64,000 bases of DNA from an uncultured bacterium. GTDB taxonomy: Bacteria; CAYJRR01. Positions within the stretch are counted from its first letter, which is position 1. The number at the start of each line of letters is the position of its first letter. Where the stretch lies: the NCBI GenBank assembly GCA_964372275.1, contig CAYJRR010000002.1, positions 16,522 to 80,521 of the forward strand, written 5' to 3'. Positions 45,228-56,000 of the stretch are shown piece by piece. The notes beneath the pieces were generated by a model. It worked only from the letters and a program-made list of their open reading frames with translations, was not told the origin of the DNA and did not search any database. Both the position numbers and the translations under genes were made by a program.

Positions 45228-46502
45228 ATGAAACGCGAACGGTCGAAAAGGGTGCTCGTGGTCGGCAGCGGAGGCCGGGAGCACGCGCTGGCGTGGAAGA
45301 TCGCGCAGTCGCCGGACCGACCCGAGGTGCTGATCGCCCCGGGGAACGCGGGGACGGCGGCGGTCGGCGAGAACCTGCCGGTGCAGGCCGACGACCTCGA
45401 AGGGATCGTGCGGCTGGCGCGCGAACGCGGCGTCTCGCTGGTGGTGGTCGGACCGGAGGGGCCGCTGGTGCTCGGGCTCGTCGATCGCCTGCAGGAGGCG
45501 GGGATCCCGGCGTTCGGGCCGTCGAAGGCGGCGGCGCAGCTCGAGGGGAGCAAGGCGTTCGCCAAGCGCTTCCTCGCCCGGCACGGGATCCCGACCGCCG
45601 CCTACGGCGAGTTCGACGAGCTCGACGCCGCAATCCGATACGTGCGCGCGCAGCCCGGGCCGCAGGTGGTGAAGGCCGACGGTCTGGCGGCGGGGAAGGG
45701 GGTCTTCGTCTGCGACGACCTCGCGCAGGCCGAAGCCGCGCTGCGGGCCGTCCTGCGGGAAGGGGCGGTCGGTGGCGCGGGGGGCCGGGTGGTGATCGAG
45801 GAGCGCCTTCCCGGCGTCGAGGTCTCGGCGCTCGCCCTGTGCGACGGGGAGCGCGTGCTGCCGCTGTCGACGGCGCGCGATCACAAGCGGGCCTTCGACG
45901 GCGATCAGGGCCCCAACACCGGCGGGATGGGGGCCTTCTCCCCGGCCCCCGACGTGGATCCTTCGCTCGAGCGGGAGATTCTCGAGCGTGTTCTCCAGCC
46001 GGCGGTCGACGGGATGCGCGCCGACGGCATCCCCTACCGCGGGCTGCTCTACGCCGGGCTGATGGTCCACCAGGGGCGCCCCTACGTCCTCGAGTTCAAC
46101 GCGCGCTTCGGCGATCCGGAGACGCAGCCGCTGTTGGTGCGGCTTCGCACCGACCTCGTGCCGCTGCTGGAGGCGTCGGCCGTCGGCTCCCTCGCCGGGC
46201 GTTCGCTCGAGTGGGATCCGCGGGCGGCGACGTGCGTGGTGATGGTCGCCGACGGCTATCCCGGGGAGTACGCCAAGGGGGCGGAGATCGTCGGGCTGGA
46301 GGAGGCCGGACGGATTCCGGACGTGAACGTCTTCCACGCAGGAACCGCGCTCGCCGGCGGGAAGGTCGTCACCGCGGGGGGGCGCGTTCTCGGCGTCACC
46401 GCGCTGGGGAACGACGTTGCCGCGGCGGCCCGGCGCGCGTATGAAGCGGTCGACCGGATCGGCTGGCGCGGCGCGCGCGCGCGTCGCGACGTCGGTCTAT
46501 AG
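45228..46502 (+). CDS. purD: Phosphoribosylamine--glycine ligase
   Basis: Starts MKRERSKRVLVVGSGGREHALAWK, in frame in track ORF 45108..46502. ATP-grasp motifs (VVKADGLAAGKGV, EFNARFGDPE). Confidence 0.95.
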   Translation: MKRERSKRVLVVGSGGREHALAWKIAQSPDRPEVLIAPGNAGTAAVGENLPVQADDLEGIVRLARERGVSLVVVGPEGPLVLGLVDRLQEAGIPAFGPSKAAAQLEGSKAFAKRFLARHGIPTAAYGEFDELDAAIRYVRAQPGPQVVKADGLAAGKGVFVCDDLAQAEAALRAVLREGAVGGAGGRVVIEERLPGVEVSALALCDGERVLPLSTARDHKRAFDGDQGPNTGGMGAFSPAPDVDPSLEREILERVLQPAVDGMRADGIPYRGLLYAGLMVHQGRPYVLEFNARFGDPETQPLLVRLRTDLVPLLEASAVGSLAGRSLEWDPRAATCVVMVADGYPGEYAKGAEIVGLEEAGRIPDVNVFHAGTALAGGKVVTAGGRVLGVTALGNDVAAAARRAYEAVDRIGWRGARARRDVGL

Positions 46503-46516
46503 GGGATGAGGGCACG

Positions 46517-47899
46517 ATGGCGGTGATCCGACCGTTCCGTGGACTGCGTTACGACCGCTCCAGGGTCGGACCGCTGGAGCGCGTCCTCTGCCCCCCGTAC
46601 GACGTCGTCGACGAAGCGGAGCGCGCGCGGCTCACCGCCCTCTCCCCCTACAACCTGATCCGCGTCGAACTGCCGCAGGAGCGTCCGTCGGTCGCGGCCA
46701 CCCCCGAGGACTACGCGCGCGCCGCCGAGACGCTCGCCCGGTGGGAGGCGGAGGGGGCCTTGCTCCGGGACGGGAAGCCGTCGGTCTATCCATATTCCCA
46801 ACGGTTCGTCGGTCCGGACGGGAAGACGCGCGAGCGGCGCGGCTTCCTCACACTGCTCCGCGTCGAGGACTACGACGGCGGCGCCGTTCGGCCGCACGAG
46901 AAGACGCTGCCCAAGCCGAAGGAGGACCGGTTCAACCTCCTCCGCTCGACGAGCACCAACGTCTCGCCCGTCTTCGGGCTGTTCGACGACCGCGACGGTC
47001 GCGCCTCCGAGGTGCTGGCGAGGGCCTGCGCGGGGGCGCCGCTCGCGGAGATCGTCGACGGGAAGGGGATCGAGCACCGCGTCTGGCGGATCGAGGACGG
47101 CGAGGCGCTGGGCGGCGTCCGCGCGGCGCTGACCGAAGCGAGGATCTACATCGCCGACGGACACCACCGCTACGAGACGGCGATCCGTTACCGCAACGCG
47201 CGCCGCGAGGCGGAGTCGGTGCGCCCGCCGATCGGAACCGCCCCCTACGACTTCACCCTCGCCTATCTCTCCGACCTGCGCGATCCGGGCCTCGCCGTCT
47301 TCCCCATCCACCGCCTGGCGAAGATCCCCCCGGGCCTGACCCCCGCCGCGGCCCGCGCCGCGTTGGAGCGGTTCTTCGTCGTCGAGGAGATCGCCGGCGT
47401 CGAGGCGGCGCCCCCGGGTTCGGCGGCGTCGGCCCCCGAGGCGACCGCCGCCGCTCTCGAGGCGGCGATCCAGCCGTTCGCCGGGCGCAAGGAGAAGGCC
47501 TTCGGGCTGTTCGCCCCCTCGTGGCGCGCGGCGTGGCTGCTCCGCGCCAAGGGGGACGAGCTCACCCGCTTCCTGCTCCAGGCGGGGGTGGTGCGCCCGG
47601 TGGCCGCGCTCGACGTGGTCGCCCTCCACCGCGCGATCCTGGAGGAGGTGTTCGCCGCCACCTACGCCGAAGGCTCCGTCCACTTCGCCCACTCCGCCGC
47701 AGACGCCGTGCGGATCGTTCTGGGAAAAGGCACCGGCGCCGGCGACGCCGCCCACTTCGGCGCCGCCATCCTCTGCAACGCGACCAAGGTCTCCGAGATG
47801 GTCGCTGTCGTCGACGCCGCCGAAACGATGCCCCAGAAGAGCACCTTCTTCTACCCCAAGCCCGCCACCGGCGTCGTCATGAACCGCCTCGACGAGTAG
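46517..47899 (+). CDS. DUF1015 family protein
   Basis: 460-aa ORF. Starts MAVIRPFRGLRY.....V.CPPYDVV and contains IADGHHRYETA, characteristic of DUF1015. Confidence 0.8.
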   Translation: MAVIRPFRGLRYDRSRVGPLERVLCPPYDVVDEAERARLTALSPYNLIRVELPQERPSVAATPEDYARAAETLARWEAEGALLRDGKPSVYPYSQRFVGPDGKTRERRGFLTLLRVEDYDGGAVRPHEKTLPKPKEDRFNLLRSTSTNVSPVFGLFDDRDGRASEVLARACAGAPLAEIVDGKGIEHRVWRIEDGEALGGVRAALTEARIYIADGHHRYETAIRYRNARREAESVRPPIGTAPYDFTLAYLSDLRDPGLAVFPIHRLAKIPPGLTPAAARAALERFFVVEEIAGVEAAPPGSAASAPEATAAALEAAIQPFAGRKEKAFGLFAPSWRAAWLLRAKGDELTRFLLQAGVVRPVAALDVVALHRAILEEVFAATYAEGSVHFAHSAADAVRIVLGKGTGAGDAAHFGAAILCNATKVSEMVAVVDAAETMPQKSTFFYPKPATGVVMNRLDE

Positions 47900-47915
47900 C
47901 CGCGTCTCGTCCGCG

Positions 47916-49346
47916 TCAGGCGTGGTGGCAGGAGGTCGGCTTGGCCTTGCCGGGGAGGCGCGGGCCGTCCTTTCGCGGGTCGGCGAGATCGCGCGTGAGC
48001 AGCTCCAGCTCCTCGAAGGTGCGGGTGTACTGCCGCGCCGACTGGTAGAGCGCGATCGCCACGTCGTCCGGGCCCCGGGCGTTTGCCAGGCGCTCCAGGA
48101 AGGGGGACGAGGCGAGCGAGCCTCGGGCGCGCAGGTACTCCCGCGCCCGATCGCGGTAGCCGATCCAGTCGTCCCCCTCCAGGGTGAGCGTCGTGTCCGG
48201 ACCCACCTTCGCGATCCCAACGGCCTTCCCCAGCATCGCCGCGTTGTGCGCCGACAGCCCCTTGAACTTGACCTCGTGTTTCGGCCCGGCGATCACCGAA
48301 CCGTCCGGGCCGACCGTCTTGGTGACGGTCACCGTCTCGTTCCCGTAGGCCGCCTCGGTCTCGATCTCCTTGTTCCCCTTTTCGTCGGTCGTGATCTTCA
48401 CCTTGCCGCTGCTCGACAGGATCGTCTTGTCGACCGAGAAGAGGCTGTCGGAGCCGATCTCGGCCTTGATCGCCGTCTGGTCCTTGAAGTCGATGGTGCG
48501 GATCTTCTCGGCGTGGCGGGCGCCGCCGTCGGCGCGGCCGAGCACCATCCCTTTTCCGACCGCCGCGTAGAACGCCTCCATCTCGCGCGGATCGGAAGGG
48601 TCGAACTCCCATCGCGTGACCCGCCCGCTCTCCAGCCGCTTGGTGTTGGCGATCCCGGCGCGCGCGCCGTGCGTGCCGATCGCCACGTAGGCCTCGTTCT
48701 TGACGGCCTCGTACGGCCCGACCGAAAGAACGACCTTCCCCGATTCGGTGCGGGTGACGGCGACGACGTTTCCGGCCGATTCGACGATCTCGGCGCGCGC
48801 CATCAGCGCCCGGTACGCCCCCTCCATCTCCATCGCGGCGAACGACTCCGCCTTCAGCACCGCGGTCGAGCCCGGCGGCAGCGTCGACGGATCGAGCGGG
48901 TTCGGGCGTGGCCTGTTCGGGTCGTTCTGGAACGGACTCCAGGCCTCCCGCGGGAGGATGATCTCGAGATTGCCGGCGGCGCCGATCTTGGGAACGATCG
49001 AGCCGTGGACCGGCCCCGTGTGCCCGCTGACCTTCGGCGCGTAGGCGGTCGAGCCGGAGAAGCTGGCCGCCACCATCCCGCAGCCATGGTCGGCCACCTC
49101 CGCCTTGTACTTCCGCTCGATCCCGTCCTTGCTGCGGAGGGTGCCTTCGGCCGCCGCGCCCCCGTTGCCGATCACCCAGTTCCAGGCGCCGCCGACGGCG
49201 CCGGCGATCCCCTGGAGGATCCCCTGGTTCGCCGGCGGCTCGGGCGGGCAGGACGAACCGTCGACGACGCCGGCGCGGACGGAAGGCGCCCCCAGCAGGA
49301 GGAGCGCGATCGTCGCGGCAAGGCCCCGAGCGGCGGTCCGGTCCAC
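47916..49346 (-). CDS. Hypothetical secreted protein
   Basis: Track ORF 47916..49493. The preferred start is the GTG at 49346, preceding the signal peptide AARGLAATIALLLLGAPSVRAG. Normal composition; no recognised family. Confidence 0.55.
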   Translation of the reverse strand: MDRTAARGLAATIALLLLGAPSVRAGVVDGSSCPPEPPANQGILQGIAGAVGGAWNWVIGNGGAAAEGTLRSKDGIERKYKAEVADHGCGMVAASFSGSTAYAPKVSGHTGPVHGSIVPKIGAAGNLEIILPREAWSPFQNDPNRPRPNPLDPSTLPPGSTAVLKAESFAAMEMEGAYRALMARAEIVESAGNVVAVTRTESGKVVLSVGPYEAVKNEAYVAIGTHGARAGIANTKRLESGRVTRWEFDPSDPREMEAFYAAVGKGMVLGRADGGARHAEKIRTIDFKDQTAIKAEIGSDSLFSVDKTILSSSGKVKITTDEKGNKEIETEAAYGNETVTVTKTVGPDGSVIAGPKHEVKFKGLSAHNAAMLGKAVGIAKVGPDTTLTLEGDDWIGYRDRAREYLRARGSLASSPFLERLANARGPDDVAIALYQSARQYTRTFEELELLTRDLADPRKDGPRLPGKAKPTSCHHA

Positions 49347-49401
49347 GGCCCCCCTCCCCCGTTCGGTCTCCCATTCTACCGGGGGAGGGGTCCGCGGTCG
49401 A

Positions 49402-50277
49402 TCACTCGACGTTCTGCGGCGTCGCGCCGCCGAGGGCCACGGCGTCGGCGACGCCGTAGACGTCGAGCGTTCCGAGGGTGACCGCGTCGCCACCCTCCTC
49501 GACGATCCCCTTGACGGTGATCGTCTCCACCGAGCCGGGGGTCAGGCCGAGCACGATGAACTGGCCGGTCTCGTTGGTCTTGGTGGCGTTCGGGCTCGGG
49601 TTCGTGCCGTTGAAGTAGGCGATGCACGGGAAGGCGCCGTCCGAGTCCTTGCAGAGGTCGGCCCCCTCCAGCTCGATCCAGGCGTTCATCACCTCTTCAC
49701 CGGAGCAGTCGGAGACCGAACCGGCGACCTGGGTCAGCCCTTCGACGTCGTCCGGGCTGGGGCCGATCAACGCGATGAAGGCGTTGTAGATCGACTCGGG
49801 GATGATCCGCAGGTTGACGACGCCGGCGGTGTCGCCGACCGCCGGGGCCCGCAGGCCGAACTGGTAGGTGTCGACGTAGACGGTGTTGCCCGACGCCGCC
49901 TTGGTCAGCTTGGCGGCGAAGAGGCTGTTCTCGTCCAGCTCGATCGTGGCGTTGCCGGCGGAGTTGGTGGTCGCGCTGTCACCGGTGAGCGCGCCCGTCG
50001 TCGGATTGACGATCGCGATCGTGGCGTTGCTGGCGACCGGAGCGGTTCCGGTCAGCGGCTGGATGATGACGTTGAAGTTCACGCCGACCGAGGTGGTGGT
50101 GGTGGTGCCGGGGGCCTCGCAGCTGCTGAAGTCGGCCGCCCCTCCGTCCGCCTGGGTGACGACATCGCCGCCACCGTCGTCGTCGTCATCGTCGCCGCCG
50201 CTGCAGGCCGTCAAGAACACACCCGCGGTGGCGAGAATCGCCACCCCCATTGCCACCTTCAACGTGAGCCGTTCCAT
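49402..50277 (-). CDS. Lipoprotein with carboxypeptidase-regulatory-like (Ig-fold) segments
   Basis: ATG at 50277 with AAGGAG 6 nt upstream. Lipobox GVFLTAC and an Asp-rich linker. Segments ATIAIVNPTTGALTGDSATTNSAGNATIEL and ETGQFIVLGLTPGSVETITVKG. Confidence 0.65.
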   Translation of the reverse strand: MERLTLKVAMGVAILATAGVFLTACSGGDDDDDDGGGDVVTQADGGAADFSSCEAPGTTTTTSVGVNFNVIIQPLTGTAPVASNATIAIVNPTTGALTGDSATTNSAGNATIELDENSLFAAKLTKAASGNTVYVDTYQFGLRAPAVGDTAGVVNLRIIPESIYNAFIALIGPSPDDVEGLTQVAGSVSDCSGEEVMNAWIELEGADLCKDSDGAFPCIAYFNGTNPSPNATKTNETGQFIVLGLTPGSVETITVKGIVEEGGDAVTLGTLDVYGVADAVALGGATPQNVE

Positions 50278-50410
50278 CGACATCTCCTTCACCACGGTGC
50301 CCGTCCAGTCTTCGACTCCCCGAAACAAAGACGCGGAGTCTGCCAGAGATTCCCGGAGGTGCGCAAGACGTTCGCGCGTCCGTGCCCACGCGGGCCCTCG
50401 CCGGGAGGCG

Positions 50411-50920
50411 TCAGGGATCCTGGCGGGACTGCGCGGTCGCGAGCAGAAGCCGCCGCGCCGCCTCCCGAAGCTCCGGATCCCGGACCCCCTCCAGGCGGGC
50501 GTCGGTCGCCCGCCGCTCCTCCGGCGTCGGAGGCCGGCGCACCGGCTTGGCGGGCGGGGGCGGTCGCGGGGCGGGCAGGGTCCCGAGCTGCAACCGCAGC
50601 CTCTTCACCGGCTCCGGCGGACCGGCGGGCTGGCGCTCCCGGAAGCGCCGGTTCAGGCGCTCCACGATCTCCCGCTCGATGAAGTGGAGCTCGTGGACCC
50701 ACGCCGGGCTTTCGACGGTGACGAAGAGCGTCCCGCGGGCGAGCCGGACCGCCGCCGACCGGCGGGCGATCGACTCCCCGACCGAATCGGTCCACGCCTC
50801 GCACGCGTTGAGCTCGACGCGGCGGGCCTCGAGCTCGAGCTTCGCCAGCACGCCGCCGACGCCGACCGAGACCGCTTGCGGCGGCTTCCAGGGCTTTCCG
50901 CGCGACGTCATCCGGGCCAC
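50411..50920 (-). CDS. DUF721 (DciA-like) family protein
   Basis: 169-aa ORF starting at the GTG at 50920 (alternative ATG at 50911). Motif: ..CEAWTDSVGESIARRSAAVRLARGTLFVTVESPAWVHELHFIEREIVERLN. Pro-rich tail. Confidence 0.6.
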   Translation of the reverse strand: MARMTSRGKPWKPPQAVSVGVGGVLAKLELEARRVELNACEAWTDSVGESIARRSAAVRLARGTLFVTVESPAWVHELHFIEREIVERLNRRFRERQPAGPPEPVKRLRLQLGTLPAPRPPPPAKPVRRPPTPEERRATDARLEGVRDPELREAARRLLLATAQSRQDP

Positions 50921-50959
50921 GGTCCTTGGGACTAGAGCACATGTGCTCTACTTCGGTCG

Positions 50960-51502
50960 ATGGCGCGCCGTCGATCGCTCGGACTGCTCCTCCTTCTCGC
51001 CGCCTGCGAGCCGTCCGGAGGCCCGGGCCGGTCGGCGGGACCCTCCGCGGGAACGGAGTTCGCCGGCTTCGACGGCCTTCGATGGGGGAGCCCCCGCGAC
51101 GAGGTGCGCCGCGCGCGTCGCGACCTGCGACCCGGGCGGAAGGATCCGCGCGTCCTGGTGCGCGAGACGTCGCGTTGGGGGCACCCGGCGGTCGAGGCCT
51201 ACTTTTTCGGCGACGACGACCGTCTCGCCGAGGTCGAAGTGCGTTTCGAGCCGAAGCGCTCGGCCGAGGAGAGCGCCGGGATCGCGCGCGCCCTGGACGC
51301 GGAGCGGGGGCCACACGCCGTCTCGCGTGCCGACGCCACGAGCTACCAGCTGGCGTGGGTCGACGGGTCGAACGAGGTTCGCCTGACCTACGACCTGCGC
51401 GAGGAGATCCCGTTCGGTCCGGTGGTCGGGTACTTCCCGCCGCCGGTCGATCCGCCGCCGCCGGTCACGCCCCCGCCCGGGAAAATCCCGGAGGAACGTT
51501 GA
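50960..51502 (+). CDS. Hypothetical lipoprotein
   Basis: 180-aa ORF with lipobox LLLLLAAC and a Pro-rich C-terminus. Its 3' end overlaps the convergent ALDH gene by 38 nt. Confidence 0.55.
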   Translation: MARRRSLGLLLLLAACEPSGGPGRSAGPSAGTEFAGFDGLRWGSPRDEVRRARRDLRPGRKDPRVLVRETSRWGHPAVEAYFFGDDDRLAEVEVRFEPKRSAEESAGIARALDAERGPHAVSRADATSYQLAWVDGSNEVRLTYDLREEIPFGPVVGYFPPPVDPPPPVTPPPGKIPEER

Positions 51503-52964
51503 CCCCGTCCATCGTCGGCCGGTCGTCCTCCATCGACGAGACGGGAAAGGTCGCGTAGCGTACCGCGTGGAGCGCGGTCGGCCGGTAGTTCCCGCTGCGG
51601 CCGGTCCCGCCCAACGGAAGTCGGCTGGAGGCGCCGACGGTCCCCCGGTTCCAGTTCACCACGCCGTCGGCCGCTTCGCGCCGCGCGTGGTCGTAGGCGT
51701 CGCGCCGCGCGGTGAAGACCGCGAGCGCGAGGCCGAACTCGCTCTTGGTGTGCGCCTCCAGCGCGTGATCGAGATCGTCGACCTCGTAGACCGCCAGGTC
51801 GGGGGCGAACAGCTCCTCCGCCTCGTACGGGCCGCTCCCGAGAACCGGCAGTCGGTGGATCGAGGGGCGGACGTAGAAGCCGTCCCGTCCCACCGCCGCC
51901 GGCCCACCGGGGACGATCGGCTCCGCGCCGGCGGCGGTGGCGGCGTCGATCCCGCGGATCAGCCGCTTCACCGCCCCCTCCGAGGCGAGCGGTCCCATGA
52001 AGACGTTCTCGTCGAACGGGTCGCCGACCGTGAGCCCCCGGGCGTACCCGGCCAGGAGCTCCAGCAGCTTCGGCGCGATCCCGTGCGTGACGTAGACCCG
52101 GGAGGTGGAGGTGCAGCGCTGCCCGGCGGTGACGAAGGCGGAGAAGGCGATCTCGTAGGCGGCCCGCTCCGCCTCCGCGTCGTCGAGCACGATCGAGGCG
52201 TTCTTGGCGCCGGTCTGCAGGGCGAGGAGCTTGCGCGGCTGCGCGGCGCACGCCGTCTGCACCTCGACCCCGGTCTCGAATCGGCCGGTGAGGAAGACGG
52301 CGTTGACGTCGGGGTGGGAGGCGAGGAGCCGCCCGATCGCGTCGTCCCCCTGCACCATGTTGAAGACGCCGCGCGGAAACTTGGAGCGGTCGATCAGGTC
52401 GGCGAGCACCTGGCCGACCCCCGGGGTGAGCGGCGACGGCTTCAAGACGACGGTGTTTCCGGTGGCGAGCGCCGGGACGAAGTGTCCGCAGGCGAGGTGG
52501 CCGGGGAAGTTGAACGGGGCGAGCACCGCCACCACGCCGAGCGGCCGGTAGCGGCAGATCCCGGCGTTTCCGCCGGGACCGAAGTCGGCGATGTCGGCCA
52601 GCCCGGCCTCGAGCGTGATGTCGATCTTGGCCATCATCAGGTTCACTTCGGCCAGCGACTCCCATCGGGGCTTCCCGGACTCGCGGGTGACGGCGTCGGC
52701 GAGCCGATCGCGGTGCATGTCGAGGCTCTCCCGGAAGCGGCGGAGCGCCGCCGTCCGCTCCAGGAGCGGCGTGTCGCGCCATCCGCGGAACGCCTGCCGC
52801 GCGCAGGAGACGGCGTGCGCCACGGACGGGATCGAGATCGGAAACTTCATCCCCCGGTCGGCGAGGTTGCCGGGGTTGACGCGCTCCAGGTAGGCGTCGA
52901 TCTGCGTGGGCCGGAGGAACGACCCGTTGATGTAGTTCCCCTTGGGAAGGATCCGATCGGCCAC
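51465..52964 (-). CDS. Aldehyde dehydrogenase family protein (succinylglutamate-semialdehyde dehydrogenase AstD-like)
   Basis: C-terminal 499 codons of track ORF 51465..56414, starting at the GTG at 52964. Motifs: LAPFNFPGH, VVLKPSPLTP, FLTGRFETG, catalytic Cys in VTAGQRCTS, EELFAP and the tail VNWNRGTVGASSRLPLGGTGRSGN. Confidence 0.8.
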   Translation of the reverse strand: MADRILPKGNYINGSFLRPTQIDAYLERVNPGNLADRGMKFPISIPSVAHAVSCARQAFRGWRDTPLLERTAALRRFRESLDMHRDRLADAVTRESGKPRWESLAEVNLMMAKIDITLEAGLADIADFGPGGNAGICRYRPLGVVAVLAPFNFPGHLACGHFVPALATGNTVVLKPSPLTPGVGQVLADLIDRSKFPRGVFNMVQGDDAIGRLLASHPDVNAVFLTGRFETGVEVQTACAAQPRKLLALQTGAKNASIVLDDAEAERAAYEIAFSAFVTAGQRCTSTSRVYVTHGIAPKLLELLAGYARGLTVGDPFDENVFMGPLASEGAVKRLIRGIDAATAAGAEPIVPGGPAAVGRDGFYVRPSIHRLPVLGSGPYEAEELFAPDLAVYEVDDLDHALEAHTKSEFGLALAVFTARRDAYDHARREAADGVVNWNRGTVGASSRLPLGGTGRSGNYRPTALHAVRYATFPVSSMEDDRPTMDGVNVPPGFSRAGA

Positions 52965-53045
52965 GTCCGGGGATGATACACCCGCCCGATTCGGGCAGAA
53001 TCGGTGGGCTTGGGCCTGGGAACCGGCCCCGGGGAGGGACGTTCG

Positions 53046-56000
53046 ATGCGCGCCGCCCGACCGACTCCGCTGCTCGCCGCCGCGACCGCCGCGGTGACGC
53101 TGACCGCCTGCCTGCCGGAGCGGGACAATCCGCAAGACCCCGCCAATCGTCCCGCCGCGGTGCTGAACGTCGACAGCGGTCCGTTCGACAACTACGAGGG
53201 CGAGTGCGAGCCGGCGACGGAGAGCTCGGTTACGACGGTGACGCGCGGGCAGTGCCTGCATCTCACCGCCGAAGGGACGACCGATCCGCAAGGGGACGCG
53301 CTGGTCCGATGCCGGTTCACCCTTCTCGCCTCCCCGCCGATCGCGGTCAGCAGCAGCTGCGGATCGGCCGCCGTTGTCATCTCCTCCACCGCGCTCCGCG
53401 CGGTCGGCGTGGGGGAGTACGAGCTGCTGCTCGAGGTCGAGGACGCGCGAGGGGATGAGGGCTCGACGAGCACCACGCTCTCGCTCGCCAACACCGTCCC
53501 GACGGCGGTTTCTCCCGGACTGCGCGTCGTCAACAACTGGGGGGCCGCCTGGCGATCCGATCCGGGGGGCAGCTGGGACGATCGTCCGAACCTTCGCGTC
53601 CACTTCAGCGGAGCGTCGAGCGTCGACGACGACGGCGACCGGCTGTTCTTCTGCTGGAGCGTCGTCAAGGGGGCCGAGCGGTTGGCGAACGGTTCGCTCC
53701 CGGTCGGCATGGCAAACGATTCGATCCAGGCCTCCGCACGCGCGATGCTGGTTCCCAACAGCCAATGCTTCGAGTCGCCCGATCTCGAGGTGGAGGTGGA
53801 ACCGATCCCGGGCGGCGAGAGCGACTCGATCACCCTCCAACTGCAGGTGGTCGACGACTGGACCGTCAGCAACGTGGCGCGGAGCACCGTCGTCCTCTCC
53901 TCGATCCCCGGCTGGGCGATCGAGGAACAGACCGGAAACGCGGCGATCTACGACCTCGCCCGCAAGCCGTTCGTGATCAATTCGAACTATCGGGGCGCGC
54001 CTTCGATCCGTTTCAATCCGGCCCCGGCCGGCAGCTTCGGGGCGAGCGTCCTGTTCTACGACCACGGTGGGACGAACCAGATCGGTCGGCACCGTCTCGA
54101 CGCGCCGTACGGCGATGTCGACGTCGTCACGTTGGGCCAGACCGATGCGATCCTCGAGACGGCGCTGTCTGACACCGCCTCCGGGATCCTCTGGGTTTTC
54201 GGCCAGTCGAACAGCGGGCGAGTGGTGGTTCACGCCGTCGACGAGTCGTCGCAACCGAACCTCGTCGTGCTCGACACCTACGAGTCGGCGACGGCGTTTC
54301 CGAGCGGATCGGACTCCGCGACACTCAAGGTTCATCCGACGACCCGCGACCTGTGGGCCCTGATCCCGTTCAGCCAGAACGCATTCGTCTTCCGCTGGAA
54401 CCCGAACACCTTTCAGATCGAGGAGCGGGCGGCGCTCGCGCCCGGAACGGGGCGCTTTCTGACCGGGTTGAGTTTCCGGCAGCCGTCCGCCGCCGGCGCC
54501 GAGGTCGAGGCCTGGGTATTCGAGAGTCGCAACGTTTTCGCGGGGCAGGTGGCCGATCCCACGGCCGTTGTCTACTACGACGAGGTCCTCGACGAAGCGG
54601 TCCCCGCCGGAATCGAAGTGCCGCTTTCCGCGGACGCGCTCACCGTCGATCCCACGATCGGCACCTCTTTCGAGTTCTTCGGACCGGAACAGTCGATGGT
54701 GAACCTGTTCGACGACGGGATTGCCACCTTCGATGTATGCGACTTCACCGACGAAGCGATGGTCACGAACACGGCCGCAGTCGCCGACATCCCGACCCCG
54801 GCGGCCCTCAACCCGACGCCCGCCCTCTGCCTGCGCGATGTGGAGGCCGACTTCCTGCCGGGTCTGGCGCACGTCCTCGGCCGCAACACCAACGTTCTCG
54901 TACAGCGGAGCATCACGCGTTACCAGATCTCCCGCTTCGTCCCCGGGGGGCTCGCCACCAACAGTCCGGACTCGCTTTACCGGATCAAATCGCTCGAGGG
55001 TCCCGACGCGGAGGACGGAATCTGGGTTTTCACCGAGAACGAAGGGCTCGGCGGGGCGGTGAAGGACGTCGTCTACCGGGGCGCCGGGACGCCCGCCGAG
55101 GGGCTGATCCTGCGGAACCCCGTGCCGATCGGGTTCTCGCGTCCCGCGATCGACTTCTCGACCGGCGACCTCTGGGTCAGCAACGCGCTCTCCGCCTCGG
55201 CCGTGCGGATCAGCCCCGACGGGCGCGAGATCGATCGCATCTCCCGCGTCCTCAATCCGCAAACCGGCGGCGAACCGGTCCCCCTGATGCCGCCGAGCGT
55301 GATCGCCTCCGACCCGCAGACCGGAGAGGTCTGGATCGTGGATGGCGGCGGAGGGGCGACGAGCACGGGGGGCGGGACGCGCGTCTTCCTGGTGAACCCG
55401 TACCTGTACCGGCCCGACGCGGCGACGGTGATCACCGCCATGCGGACCGATCTCAACCCTCCGCTGAACGTTCCCGCGCCGTTGACCCTGTCCCCCGCCT
55501 TGGTCGACGAGTACATCGTCGACGCCCTGTCGAGACCGCAGGGTTCCGACCTGGTCCTGCTCACCCGGTCGACGGCGCAGGGAACGTGCGCCGCGCCGGC
55601 GGCGGCGGACTCGAACAACTACTTCCTGCGCGTCCTGACGCGCGACGGAGCACTCTCCGCCGCCGTCTGCGTCGTCGAAAGCTTCGCCCAGAGCGCCGGG
55701 GACGACCGGGTCCGATTCGCGCGCGACTTGAGCACCGGCGACGTCTGCACCGTGCACCGGGTATCGGTCTCCCCGAAAGGGGCGTTGATCCAGCGCTTCG
55801 CCGGAAACCCGCTCCAATTGCGGGCGTCGGGGATGGCGCATCGCGGGTATCCGGGCGTCGACCAGAATCAGGAGGTCTTTCCGAACGCCTTGGTCGCCGA
55901 TCCACAACGCTGTTGGCTCGGGGCATCCGACTACGACGGATCGGGAGAGTACGGGCGGCTCTGGCTGTTGCCGTTCGCCTCCGGATTGAACCAGGTCCCC

